64,000 bases of DNA. Source: Candidatus Sericytochromatia bacterium. GTDB taxonomy: Bacteria > Cyanobacteriota > Sericytochromatia > S15B-MN24 > JAQBPE01. Position numbers and translations under genes: made by a program. The stretch's first letter is position 1; each line of letters opens with the position of its first letter. Below the pieces are notes generated by a model. The model saw only the letters and a list, made by a program, of their open reading frames with translations. It did not search any database and was not told where the DNA came from. Of this stretch, positions 36,191-44,966 are shown piece after piece. Where the stretch lies: NCBI GenBank assembly GCA_035285125.1, contig JAYKHR010000174.1, forward strand, positions 31,775 to 95,774, in the 5' to 3' direction.

Positions 36191-37188
36191 AGGCCCTCGT
36201 CACCGGTGCCGGCGGGTTCATCGGCGGGGGCGTGGCCGACGCGCTGGTGCGTCAGGGCCACGCGGTGACGGCCTTCCAGCGCGGCGACTACCCCGCCCTG
36301 GCGGCCCTGGGTGTGCGCGTCGTCCGCGGCGACCTGGCGGATGCCGGGGCTGTCGCCAGGGCCGTCGAGGGCCACGACGTGGTGTTTCACGTGGCTGCGC
36401 TGGCGGGGGCCTGGGGCGCCTTTGCCGACTTTCATCGCGTGAACGTGCGCGGGACGGAGGCCGTCCTCGAGGCCTGCCGGCGGGCCGGCGTGCCCCGGTT
36501 GGTGTACACGAGCTCGCCTAGCGTGGTCTTCGACGGTGGCGACATGGCGGGCGTCGATGAAGCCGTGCCCTACCCCGCCCACCACGAGGCCCCTTACCCC
36601 GCCACCAAGGCCGAGGCCGAGCGCCTGGTGCTGGCCGCGAACGGGCCCACGCTCGCCACGGTGGCGCTGAGGCCGCACCTGGTGTGGGGGCCGCGTGACC
36701 CGCACTTCCTGCCCCGGCTCGTGGCACGGCGGCGGGCCGGCCGCCTGATGCGCATCGGCGATGGCCGCAACGTCGTCGACGGGACCTACATCGACAACGC
36801 CGTGGAGGCCCACCTGCTGGCGGCCGAGCGGCTGGCGCCGGGGGCTCCCTGCGCGGGGCGGGCCTTCTTCATCGCGAACGGCGAGCCGCTGCCGGCCTGG
36901 GACCTGATCGACGGCCTGCTGGCGGCCGCCGGCGAGCCGCCGGTGCCCGCGGCGGTGCCGGCCTGGCTCGCTTACGGCCTCGGGACGGCGCTGGAGGTCG
37001 CCTACCGCCTGGCCCCCCTGCCCGGGGAGCCGCCGATGACGCGGTGGGTGGCGCGAGAGCTCGCCACCACCCACTGGTTCGATCTGGCGGCGGCCCGCCG
37101 CGACCTCGGCTATGTCCCCGGCGTCTCCACGCAGGAGGGCCTCTCACGGCTGAGAGACTGGGTCTCGACCCACGGCGCCGGCGTCTGA
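36187..37188 (+). CDS. oleD: OleD, extended SDR (2-alkyl-3-oxoalkanoate reductase, 3beta-HSD-like)
   Basis: ALVTGAGGFIG, FHVAA, YTSSPSVVF, YPATKAEAE, LRPHLVWGPRD; GTGA overlap with oleC. Confidence 0.92.
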   Translation: MKALVTGAGGFIGGGVADALVRQGHAVTAFQRGDYPALAALGVRVVRGDLADAGAVARAVEGHDVVFHVAALAGAWGAFADFHRVNVRGTEAVLEACRRAGVPRLVYTSSPSVVFDGGDMAGVDEAVPYPAHHEAPYPATKAEAERLVLAANGPTLATVALRPHLVWGPRDPHFLPRLVARRRAGRLMRIGDGRNVVDGTYIDNAVEAHLLAAERLAPGAPCAGRAFFIANGEPLPAWDLIDGLLAAAGEPPVPAAVPAWLAYGLGTALEVAYRLAPLPGEPPMTRWVARELATTHWFDLAAARRDLGYVPGVSTQEGLSRLRDWVSTHGAGV

Positions 37189-37191
37189 CCG

Positions 37192-38364
37192 CTAGCCTGG
37201 CAGGTTGGCGTCCATCATGTTGGCCCTGAACTCCGCCACGCCCATCGTCTCGCGCTGGCCCCAGGGGTTGGTGAAGTGCACGGTGTCGCCCTTGATGGCG
37301 TCGACCAGGATCTTGTGGCCTCCGCCCTCCCACATGACGCCGACGGGCACGGAGCGGCCGGCCGCCGTGGTGGCCCTGACCTTCTCGAAGGCCCAGCTTC
37401 GCGTCAGGCGGTTGACGAGGGGCACCGTGCGCCAGGCCTCACCCGTGAGGGCCTCCAGCACGCGGTCGGCCCCAAAGGTGCCAAGCCCGCCGGGCAGCAC
37501 GGCCCATCGGCCGATGGCGTGGCGGTCCCGCCCGTTGTCGTAGCGCACGGGGCCGTTGCCGAGCTCCATCAGGGCCGGCTGGAGCAGGCGCACGGAGGGG
37601 GTGCGTCCCCCGTCGTCCTCGGCCTGCCAGTCCGGCGAACGCGTGAGGGTGGCGCCTCCCGCCGCCACGCTGGTGCCCTCTGGCCGCGCCAGGTCGGCCA
37701 CGAGGCGCGCGTACTCCGCCGGGCTCTTGCGGGCCAGGACGATGGTCGCGGTGGTGGCGACGCACGTTCCCTTGCCCTCCTGGGCCAGCTTGGTGGGGTT
37801 CTCGGCCTCCTCGACGAGGTGGCTGATCAATGCCTTGGCCGTGAGCCCGGGGGCGAGGGGGCCGCGCTGAAGGCGGGCGAGGTGGTCCAGCAGATCACCC
37901 GCCCCGAGGTGGTCGCGCGGGCCCGTCAGGCGGCCGTCCAGCAGCATCCGTTGCAGCGCGTCGCGGGCCATGACGTCGTCCGCCAGGGCGCCCGTCAGGG
38001 CTTCGTAAGCCTCCGCCCGGGCCCCGAGCTGCCGCACGGCCTCGGCCACCGCCGCGCCATTGCCCGCCAGCCTGGCCTGCGCCGCACGAAGGTCGGGGAC
38101 GGAGGCCCACCGGGTGTCCGGGTCATCGACCACCCGTCGGCTGGTGAACTCCTGCACCATGGGCCCCAGGATGAGCCAGCGGATGCCGTCGCGCAGGCGC
38201 GTCAGCCCCTGCACGAGGATGTTGGGGCGATCCTCGGCCAGGGCCGAGGCGATCGTCACGCCCGGCTTCAGCGGGGCGCCATCGGGGGTCCGGCGCGGAG
38301 CCGACGTGCTCTTGGGCGGTGCGCCAGCTCTGGAGACCAAAGGACGGACGCCAACCACAGACAC
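37192..38364 (-). CDS. Hypothetical protein with papain/calpain-like cysteine protease domain
   Basis: QEGKGTC (Gln...Cys), GGHKILV (His) and FTNPWG (Asn) in clan CA order. Confidence 0.7.
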   Translation of the reverse strand: MSVVGVRPLVSRAGAPPKSTSAPRRTPDGAPLKPGVTIASALAEDRPNILVQGLTRLRDGIRWLILGPMVQEFTSRRVVDDPDTRWASVPDLRAAQARLAGNGAAVAEAVRQLGARAEAYEALTGALADDVMARDALQRMLLDGRLTGPRDHLGAGDLLDHLARLQRGPLAPGLTAKALISHLVEEAENPTKLAQEGKGTCVATTATIVLARKSPAEYARLVADLARPEGTSVAAGGATLTRSPDWQAEDDGGRTPSVRLLQPALMELGNGPVRYDNGRDRHAIGRWAVLPGGLGTFGADRVLEALTGEAWRTVPLVNRLTRSWAFEKVRATTAAGRSVPVGVMWEGGGHKILVDAIKGDTVHFTNPWGQRETMGVAEFRANMMDANLPG

Positions 38365-38438
38365 CTCCAGTCATCCTCTCGGGCCAGCCACCAGCGGGTA
38401 TATCGCCGACCGAGCGGCGGGTTGTTCCTGTCGAACGG

Positions 38439-38453
38439 TTAATTCTGCGTGAA
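38439..38453 (-). promoter_or_regulatory. TTAA-N7-TGAA box upstream of the protease gene
   Basis: gTTAAttctgcgTGAA, 75 bp upstream of the 38364 start, in an AT-rich divergent intergenic region. Confidence 0.4.
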
Positions 38454-38529
38454 GAAAATACCGCGTTCAGGGTTAATCCAGGCCCCATCAACCTGGCGCT
38501 TCCGGCCCCTCCGGCGGTAGCATGGGGGC

Positions 38530-39060
38530 ATGGACTTCTGGCTCAACCTCCTGACCATCCTCCTCGGCATCGTGCTGGGCCTCGCCCTGGCCGCCTTGCT
38601 CTTCCGCAAGCGCCTCGGCCCGCTGTTCACCAGGATGATGGGCGATGCCTACAAGCAGAAGCTGGAGCGGCAGCTCAAGAAGAGCTACCCCCAGCTGGCC
38701 GAGCGGTTCAGCGAGTTCGACATGGGGCCCGAGCGCCAGGAGGCCATCCAAGCGGCGATGCGGCGCATCCCCCCGCAAGAAGGGATGAAGCTCCAGACCG
38801 AGTTCCTTCGGCTGCGGGAAAACTTCCTCGCCCGTCACCCCGACCTCGGCGAGCTCTTCACCGGCACGGATCCGCGGGCTCAGATGAAGGCCTTCGACAA
38901 GGCGATGAAGCTGCCAGCCGATCAGCGGGCGGCCATCGAGAAGGACCTGCTCTGGGCGTGGGATCAGCTGCGTGGCCGCTTCCCCAAGCCCCTGGGTGCC
39001 ATCGAGGCCGCCGCTCGAAAGCGCGAGCCTGAGCCGGCCACGAAGCCCGGGGCGCGCTGA
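38530..39060 (+). CDS. Hypothetical N-terminally membrane-anchored helical protein
   Basis: One N-terminal TM helix followed by RKR and a charged helical domain; strong GC3 bias. Confidence 0.75.
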   Translation: MDFWLNLLTILLGIVLGLALAALLFRKRLGPLFTRMMGDAYKQKLERQLKKSYPQLAERFSEFDMGPERQEAIQAAMRRIPPQEGMKLQTEFLRLRENFLARHPDLGELFTGTDPRAQMKAFDKAMKLPADQRAAIEKDLLWAWDQLRGRFPKPLGAIEAAARKREPEPATKPGAR

Positions 39061-39072
39061 GGGCCGACGGCC

Positions 39073-40392
39073 TCACTCCCCAGCGGCCACCAGCAGCTCG
39101 AACCAGAAGGTGCTGCCGCGCCCCGGCGTGCTTTCGAAGCCGATGGCCCCCCCCTGCACGGAGACGAGCTCCCGGGTGATGGCGAGCCCGAGCCCCGTGC
39201 CCTGGACCGGGGCGTGGGCGCCGCCCGTCACGCGGTAGAACTTCCGGAAAATGAACGGGTGGTGCACGGGGTCGATGCCGATGCCCGTGTCCACGACCTC
39301 GAACCGCACGGCCCGAGCGTGCTGCGCGGGCAGGATGCGAACCAGCACCTCACCCCCCGGGCGCGTGAACTTCAGTGCGTTGCTGATCAGGTTCATCAAC
39401 ACCTGCCGGAGCCGGCGCGCATCTGCGGCGACGGGCGGCAGCCCTTCTTCGTGGGCGAGCAGCAACCGCAGGCCAGAGGCCGCAGCCTGGGTCTCCAGGC
39501 TTGCCACGACGTCAGCCGCAATCGCCGAGACCTCGACGGCCCGGAGCTCCACCTGGAAGTGGCCGGCCTCCATCCGGGCGTAGTCGAGCAGGTCGTCGAC
39601 CAGGGAGGACAGGTGCAGCCCCGCCTGCGTGATGTGGCCGACGAAGCGGCGCTGCTCGGGGGAGAGGGGGCCGGCGACGCCCTCGTCCAGGAACTCCGAA
39701 AATCCCAGGATGGTGGTCAGCGGCGTGCGGAACTCGTGGGAGACCGCGCTCAGGAAGTCGCCCTTGAGGCGATCCGCCTGCCTGAGCTCGGCCAGGGCGC
39801 TCGACAGTGACTGGCTCGCCTCCTCGAGCTGCCGCAGCCGGTCGGCGGCCAGGCCCGTGGCATCCGCGAGGGCGCGGGCCTGCATCAGCGCCAGCGTGAC
39901 GTGGTCGGCCACGAGGCGCGCGAGGGCCCGGTCGGGGGCCTGTTCGGGGGTGAGCGGGGTGGTCCAGCCCAGCGTGAGCCTGCCGAGGGGCTGGCTGCCG
40001 TGGCCGAGGGGGAGGAGCAGCAACGTGCGCAGGCCCCGCTGATCCGCCGCCACCCCCATCGCTGCGGACCAGCGGGCGTCGCCCAGGGGCACGGGGACGA
40101 GGATGGCCTCGTCGGGGCCTGGCACGGACTCGCCTGGGAGCACCTGTGCCTGGCCAGAGGCGGGGCCTCCCTCGGAGGCCAGGATGCCCTCCGAGGCCAG
40201 CAATACGGGCCCGGCCGTCCCGGGAACACGCCAGTGCAGGGAGGCCCCCTGGGCCCCGAACAGGTGCATCACCTCCCGCGCCGTCAGGCCATAGCGCTCG
40301 CCTGGCGTCAGGCCCTCTCGGGCTGGCTGAGAGATGGCGAGCAAGGCGCGGAGGGCGTCGCCTGCAGAGCCGCTCGTCGGGCGCTCAGCCAT
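39073..40392 (-). CDS. Cytoplasmic GAF-HisKA-HATPase sensor histidine kinase
   Basis: FLSAVSHEFRTPL H-box, QVLMNLISNALKFT, DTGIGI, GTGLGLAI; N-terminal GAF-like region; no TM helices. Confidence 0.92.
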   Translation of the reverse strand: MAERPTSGSAGDALRALLAISQPAREGLTPGERYGLTAREVMHLFGAQGASLHWRVPGTAGPVLLASEGILASEGGPASGQAQVLPGESVPGPDEAILVPVPLGDARWSAAMGVAADQRGLRTLLLLPLGHGSQPLGRLTLGWTTPLTPEQAPDRALARLVADHVTLALMQARALADATGLAADRLRQLEEASQSLSSALAELRQADRLKGDFLSAVSHEFRTPLTTILGFSEFLDEGVAGPLSPEQRRFVGHITQAGLHLSSLVDDLLDYARMEAGHFQVELRAVEVSAIAADVVASLETQAAASGLRLLLAHEEGLPPVAADARRLRQVLMNLISNALKFTRPGGEVLVRILPAQHARAVRFEVVDTGIGIDPVHHPFIFRKFYRVTGGAHAPVQGTGLGLAITRELVSVQGGAIGFESTPGRGSTFWFELLVAAGE

Positions 40393-40561
40393 CGGCCTTC
40401 TCCCGCCCTCGCTGCAAGAGCCGCGCGCCCCCCAGCATCGCGAGGCCGACGATGCAGGCCTTCACGGCGACCCAGATCGCCCCGATCAGGAACGGGTCGG
40501 GCGCGACGCCCAGCACGTTGAGGACGCCGACGATGGCTGCGGTGATGGCGGTGGTCAACAA
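40385..40561 (-). CDS. Small 58-aa two-TM membrane protein (not in the ORF track)
   Basis: GAGGT RBS, TTG start, MLTTAITAAIVGVLNVLGVAPDPFLIGAIWVAVKACIVGLAMLGGARLLQRGREKADG; its 3' end overlaps the kinase start by 8 nt. Confidence 0.65.
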   Translation of the reverse strand: MLTTAITAAIVGVLNVLGVAPDPFLIGAIWVAVKACIVGLAMLGGARLLQRGREKADG

Positions 40562-40641
40562 GCGAGAGGTACCTCAGGGGCCAATCTTCAGGCCCAACCA
40601 GAGTTTACACAATGCGGGCGCCGCGCAACAGCTGGGCCGCT

Positions 40642-41352
40642 TCAAGGCATGAACTTGTAGCCCCTCCCCCGCACGGACAGGATGTGGACGGGGTTGGCCG
40701 GGTCCGGCTCGAATGCCTTGCGCAGCCGCAGGATGAAGTTGTCGACGGTGCGGGTGGTGATGGCAGCATCCGTGCCCCAGGCCTCCCGCAGCAGGTCCTC
40801 GCGGGTCAGCACCTTGCCCGGGTTGGCGTGAAAGAGTCGCAGAATGGCCATCTCGATCGAGGTCAGGCGGGTCTCCACGCCACCGACATGGGCCTCGTGG
40901 CGGTCGAAGTCCACGACGGCGGCCCCGAACCGCAGCACCTGGCCGGGCGGCGGCTGCGCCTCGCGGTGACGCTGCGCCTCCCAGGCGCTGCGTCGGAGCA
41001 GTCCCTCCACCCGCGCGAGCAGCTCTTCGAGGTTGAAGGGCTTGGTCACGTAGTCGTCGGCACCCACGTGAAGCCCCTGGACCTTGTCCTTCTCGTGGTG
41101 CCGCGCCGTGAGCATGAGGACCGGCGTGAACACCCCGTGGGCCCGCAGGGCTCGGCAAAGGTCCAGGCCGGATAACCCCGGCAGCATGAGGTCTAACACG
41201 ATCAGGTCGAATGGCTCTCGGCGATCCACCAAGGCCTCGAAGGCGGTCCGCCCATCGCGCAGCCAGCGCACGCCGTGCCCCTCCAGTTCGAGGTTGAACT
41301 GGATCCCCCGACCGATGTGGTCCTCGTCCTCGACCAGCAGCAGGTCCGCCAT
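40642..41352 (-). CDS. OmpR/PhoB-family response regulator
   Basis: LLVEDE, LDLMLPG, GADDYVTKPF, winged helix TRTVDNFILRLR...SVRGRGYKF. Confidence 0.95.
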   Translation of the reverse strand: MADLLLVEDEDHIGRGIQFNLELEGHGVRWLRDGRTAFEALVDRREPFDLIVLDLMLPGLSGLDLCRALRAHGVFTPVLMLTARHHEKDKVQGLHVGADDYVTKPFNLEELLARVEGLLRRSAWEAQRHREAQPPPGQVLRFGAAVVDFDRHEAHVGGVETRLTSIEMAILRLFHANPGKVLTREDLLREAWGTDAAITTRTVDNFILRLRKAFEPDPANPVHILSVRGRGYKFMP

Positions 41353-41356
41353 GGCC

Positions 41357-42286
41357 TCAGCCTGGGAGGGTCAGCGTGAACACGCTGCCCTGATGTTCGC
41401 CGGGGCTCTCTGCCCGGATGGTGCCACCGAGCTGGCGGGCCGTCTCCTTGACGATGTACAGGCCCAAGCCGGTGCCCTGGCGGATGCGGGTGAGCTCGTT
41501 ACCGACGCGGTGGAAGCGGTGGAAAATCCGCCTGAGCTGGCTTTTGGGGATGCCGACGCCCGCATCGGCCACCGCGAAGGCCACGCCGCCTGAGGGAGGC
41601 GCAGTGACCGTCACGCGGACCTTCACCTCGTCGCCGGAGTACTTGACGGCGTTGTCCAGCAGGTTCGTCAGGACCAGGTCCAACCCGCCCGGGTCCGTCT
41701 CGATCGGTGCCACCTCGCCGTGGACCTTGATCGTGCCGGACGCCAGCCCGAACCTCCCCTCCACGAGGCGCGCCACCGCCCGCACCCGGTCGGCAGGCTC
41801 GACCCGCTCGCGGCGTGGTGGCCTGCGCACGGCTTCTGCCCGGGCCGCCTCCAGCACGTGGTCGATCAAGAGGCCCAGCCGCTCGACGTCTGCCAGCATG
41901 GTGGCCGTGAAGCCGGCCAGCTGTTCCGGGGTCAGCTGCCGGCGCTGGATCGTCTCGAGATGGAGCTTCAGCGAGGTCAGCGGGCTCTTGAGCTCGTGGG
42001 TCACGGAGTCGATGAAGTTCTGCTGTCGCTGGTTCAGCCGGATCTGGCGGGCCAGCGACACCACGAACAGGATCAGCCCCACGATCACGGCGAGGCCCAT
42101 CACCCACCCAGCCACCAGCACCAGCGTCGGCAGCCAGGAGGGAGCAACAGGGGGCCGGTCTCGGAACCAGTCCGTCACCACCGCCATGTTGTACAGCACC
42201 GTCAGCACCAGCGTGACGAGCATCAGCACGATGCCGTTGACGATGGGGACGGCCAGCGAGGCAGGCCTGGTGCGGGGTCGCGTCAC
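41357..42286 (-). CDS. Membrane histidine kinase, two TM helices with a short loop
   Basis: Two N-terminal TMs; DSVTHELKSPL, NLLDNAVKYS, DAGVGIP, GTGLGLYIV. Confidence 0.93.
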   Translation of the reverse strand: MTRPRTRPASLAVPIVNGIVLMLVTLVLTVLYNMAVVTDWFRDRPPVAPSWLPTLVLVAGWVMGLAVIVGLILFVVSLARQIRLNQRQQNFIDSVTHELKSPLTSLKLHLETIQRRQLTPEQLAGFTATMLADVERLGLLIDHVLEAARAEAVRRPPRRERVEPADRVRAVARLVEGRFGLASGTIKVHGEVAPIETDPGGLDLVLTNLLDNAVKYSGDEVKVRVTVTAPPSGGVAFAVADAGVGIPKSQLRRIFHRFHRVGNELTRIRQGTGLGLYIVKETARQLGGTIRAESPGEHQGSVFTLTLPG

Positions 42287-42308
42287 GGGGTGGGACCGCC
42301 AAGCCGCG

Positions 42309-42830
42309 TCAGGCGTCCTCGCCGAGCACGTAGAGCGTGTCTTCAGGGCCGTGGAAGAAGCACTTCAGCGTCTTGCCATCGCGCTGCGCGTGCACGTGCC
42401 CGTGGCCTCCATGGGGCTCTACCTCCACACGCGTGCCGTCAGGGAAGGTTGCCACGAGGTTCTGCCCATCCGGAGACAACGCCGCGTCCTCTGCACCCGC
42501 CCGGACCTTCACCTTCACGGAGGGGAGGAACCTGCACGAGTCCAGCACGCAGGTGTTGGCCGACTCGGTCGTGGGCCGGGCCCCCGCCAGGAAGTCGGTG
42601 ATGGGCGTGGGCTCCTCCCCGAAGAGGATGGTGGCCTCAGGCCCCTGCTTCTCGACGGTAAGCGGGCGGTTGGCACTCAGCGCCGACTGCAGCTCGCCGT
42701 GAGGCAGGCTGCCGACGAGGACCTGCAGCTCGACGCCATTGGCGTAGCGGTATAGCCGGACGCTCTCCCAGGGGCTGACGCGCTTCTCGCGTTCCCGGAC
42801 GAGCGCTGCAGGGTGCTGGATCTTCAACAT
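42309..42830 (-). CDS. Hypothetical protein
   Basis: GGAGA RBS before ATG 42830; GC3-biased; no recognisable motif. Confidence 0.65.
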   Translation of the reverse strand: MLKIQHPAALVREREKRVSPWESVRLYRYANGVELQVLVGSLPHGELQSALSANRPLTVEKQGPEATILFGEEPTPITDFLAGARPTTESANTCVLDSCRFLPSVKVKVRAGAEDAALSPDGQNLVATFPDGTRVEVEPHGGHGHVHAQRDGKTLKCFFHGPEDTLYVLGEDA

Positions 42831-42915
42831 CGAGGGTTCTCCGCATCTCCCGGGCCTGGTCGGCCCCTGGCGGGCGGCCCGGGAGGCCTCACCATGATAC
42901 CAGGCACCCGCGCTG

Positions 42916-43191
42916 TCAGCGCAGCTGGAGGTCCTCCGGGATGCCGTGCGTTGCATAGAAGTCCGCGTCGAAGTCCGTGCCCAGCGCGAGCACCCGCCAA
43001 CCTCCGCCCTGGTGCCTTGCAAAGCCGAGCAAGGGCGTCAGCTCGCCTGCCGCGTCACGCACCAGGACGCGCGCGAGCTCCCCCTGGAGCCGCTCCACCT
43101 CGACGCCGAACTCCGGCACGTCTGCCATCTCGCGAACGGCCCGTCGGGTCGCCTCGACCAGTGCGGCCTTGTCAGCCTCGTGACCCATCAT
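42916..43191 (-). CDS. Hypothetical protein (91 aa)
   Basis: AGGAGG RBS; plausible globular composition. Confidence 0.65.
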   Translation of the reverse strand: MMGHEADKAALVEATRRAVREMADVPEFGVEVERLQGELARVLVRDAAGELTPLLGFARHQGGGWRVLALGTDFDADFYATHGIPEDLQLR

Positions 43192-43558
43192 CCCCTCCTT
43201 GCCCCGTCCACGCGGGGCGCCAAGATGGCTCCTTGCGGTCCATCATCCGACGGCTGAGCTCCCACAGGCCGACGGCATAGAGCGTCAGGCCCGGATCGAG
43301 CAGCATGTGCATCCACCAGAGCGTCAGCTCGCGCGGCCACACCGGGCCCTTGACCGCGAGCACCCAGGCCCCCCCGTGGCACAGCAGGGCCGCCCCGATC
43401 CGCAGCCAGGTCCCCCACGGAGGGCGCTGGCCTCGCCGGAGGCTCAGCGCGATCCAGCGCACGTCGTAGCAGACGAGGGCCAGCACCACGGGCACGGCGA
43501 GGGCCATCAACCCGAGCCAGGATGTGAGGTTTGGCAGCGACAGCGGGGCACCGGGCAT
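43172..43558 (-). CDS. Hypothetical membrane protein (about 3 TM)
   Basis: Hydrophobic segments; overlaps the downstream ORF start; start could be 43570. Confidence 0.55.
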   Translation of the reverse strand: MPGAPLSLPNLTSWLGLMALAVPVVLALVCYDVRWIALSLRRGQRPPWGTWLRIGAALLCHGGAWVLAVKGPVWPRELTLWWMHMLLDPGLTLYAVGLWELSRRMMDRKEPSWRPAWTGQGGDDGSRG

Positions 43559-43664
43559 GTGCACAATCATACCGCAGGAGTCGCTTCGGAGGCCGCCCCC
43601 CTGTGGGCGTTGCGCCGCCAGCGCTTCCGGGTATGCTTCCTATCAGCGAGAGTTTGGAAGGTCC

Positions 43665-44966
43665 ATGTTCCGGTGCAGCCATTGCTCCAGACCCATGCCG
43701 CCGCAATGTCGCTACTGTGCGATATGTGGGGCCAGGTTGCCAGGCCCCTTGCAGCCAGGGCAGGTCGTGGACGGACGCTTCAAGATTGTCCGCCTGCTGA
43801 CGGTACAGGGCCGGCACACGTCGACCTATCAGGCGACGGAGGTCGGGGGCGGTGACCACGTCACGCTCAGAGAGTTCAGAGACGACCTGCGAAACGAGCC
43901 TGCGGCCAAGCAGGAGTTGCTGGAGGAACTTCGGCGCATCGGCGCCCTGAACCTTTCCGGAATCCCCGCGGTGAACGGCTTTCTTCGGCATGATGACAGG
44001 TCTTACCTCATCTCGCCCTACGTGTCCGGCCACACCCTCGGCCAGATCCTCGCGCGGCAGGGCCGGCTGACGCCCGATCAGGCGCTCTCGATCCTGCGCG
44101 CCGTGGCGGCCGTGCTGGTTGGCCTTCACGACGTCTTCCCCCCGCAACTACACCTCGACATCACCCCTGACACCATCCTGCTGTCGGGCTGGTCTCAGGC
44201 CCACCTGCTGGACGGTGCCTGGCTCAAGGACCTCGGCAACCCCTACCCCCACAGGCCCGCGCTTCACCAGACGGACTACGCGGCCCCCGAGGCCCTGCGG
44301 GGGAACGCCGTGCCGGCCAGCGACATCTACAGCCTGGGCCTCTCGGTCCTCGAGGGCGTGACGGGGCTGCCCGCCACCAGGCTGCACAACCCCTTCTCCA
44401 ACCGGGTGTCCTGGGATGCGCTGCCACACGACGGCCTCAACGAGGTCCTCGTGGCGATGGTGGACGGCAGCCTGGCCTCTCGCCTCGGCACCGCCAGGGA
44501 GCTGGCCGGGGCTCTGGATCGCATCGCGCGGGGAGAACCTCCGTTCGGCAGAAGCGCCCCGGCACCGGCCGCGCCAGAGGCATCGGCCCACCCCACCCCA
44601 CCCCCGCCCCCCGCCCCGGAGCCGGTTGCCGCACCGATCGTGGCGGGCGGAGGGCCCGTGCGATTCGGCTATGACGATCTGAAGCTGACGGCCGCGGCCG
44701 CCTCGGATGCAGACATCACCTCGCGCATCAAGCCGCCGCCGCCCGCACCGCCTCCGCCTCCGCCGCCCCCGCCTCCGCCTCCGCCGCCCCCGCCTCCGCC
44801 TCCGCCGCCCCCGCCTCCCCCTTCAACGGAGGAGTTCGAGGAGCCTCCGCCGCCTCCCCCGCCCCCGTCGGCAGCGCCCGTGCGGCTGGTTGAGAACATC
44901 GACGAGATCAGCCTTGAAGACGGCCTGGCGGCTTTGATCAGCCTCTACGAGTCGCAGAACTCATGA
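43665..44966 (+). CDS. Double zinc-ribbon plus Hanks-type Ser/Thr kinase-like (probable pseudokinase) with polyproline tail
   Basis: CSHC...CRYCAICG; GRFKIVRLL, LHLDITPDTILL, YAAPEALRG, ASDIYSLG; canonical Gly-loop, Lys and DFG are altered. Confidence 0.8.
   Translation: MFRCSHCSRPMPPQCRYCAICGARLPGPLQPGQVVDGRFKIVRLLTVQGRHTSTYQATEVGGGDHVTLREFRDDLRNEPAAKQELLEELRRIGALNLSGIPAVNGFLRHDDRSYLISPYVSGHTLGQILARQGRLTPDQALSILRAVAAVLVGLHDVFPPQLHLDITPDTILLSGWSQAHLLDGAWLKDLGNPYPHRPALHQTDYAAPEALRGNAVPASDIYSLGLSVLEGVTGLPATRLHNPFSNRVSWDALPHDGLNEVLVAMVDGSLASRLGTARELAGALDRIARGEPPFGRSAPAPAAPEASAHPTPPPPPAPEPVAAPIVAGGGPVRFGYDDLKLTAAAASDADITSRIKPPPPAPPPPPPPPPPPPPPPPPPPPPPPPPSTEEFEEPPPPPPPPSAAPVRLVENIDEISLEDGLAALISLYESQNS
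44748..44822 (+). repeat. 21-bp tandem repeat (CCGCCTCCGCCTCCGCCGCCC x3 plus partial) encoding 25 consecutive prolines
   Basis: Read directly from the sequence. Confidence 0.9.
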
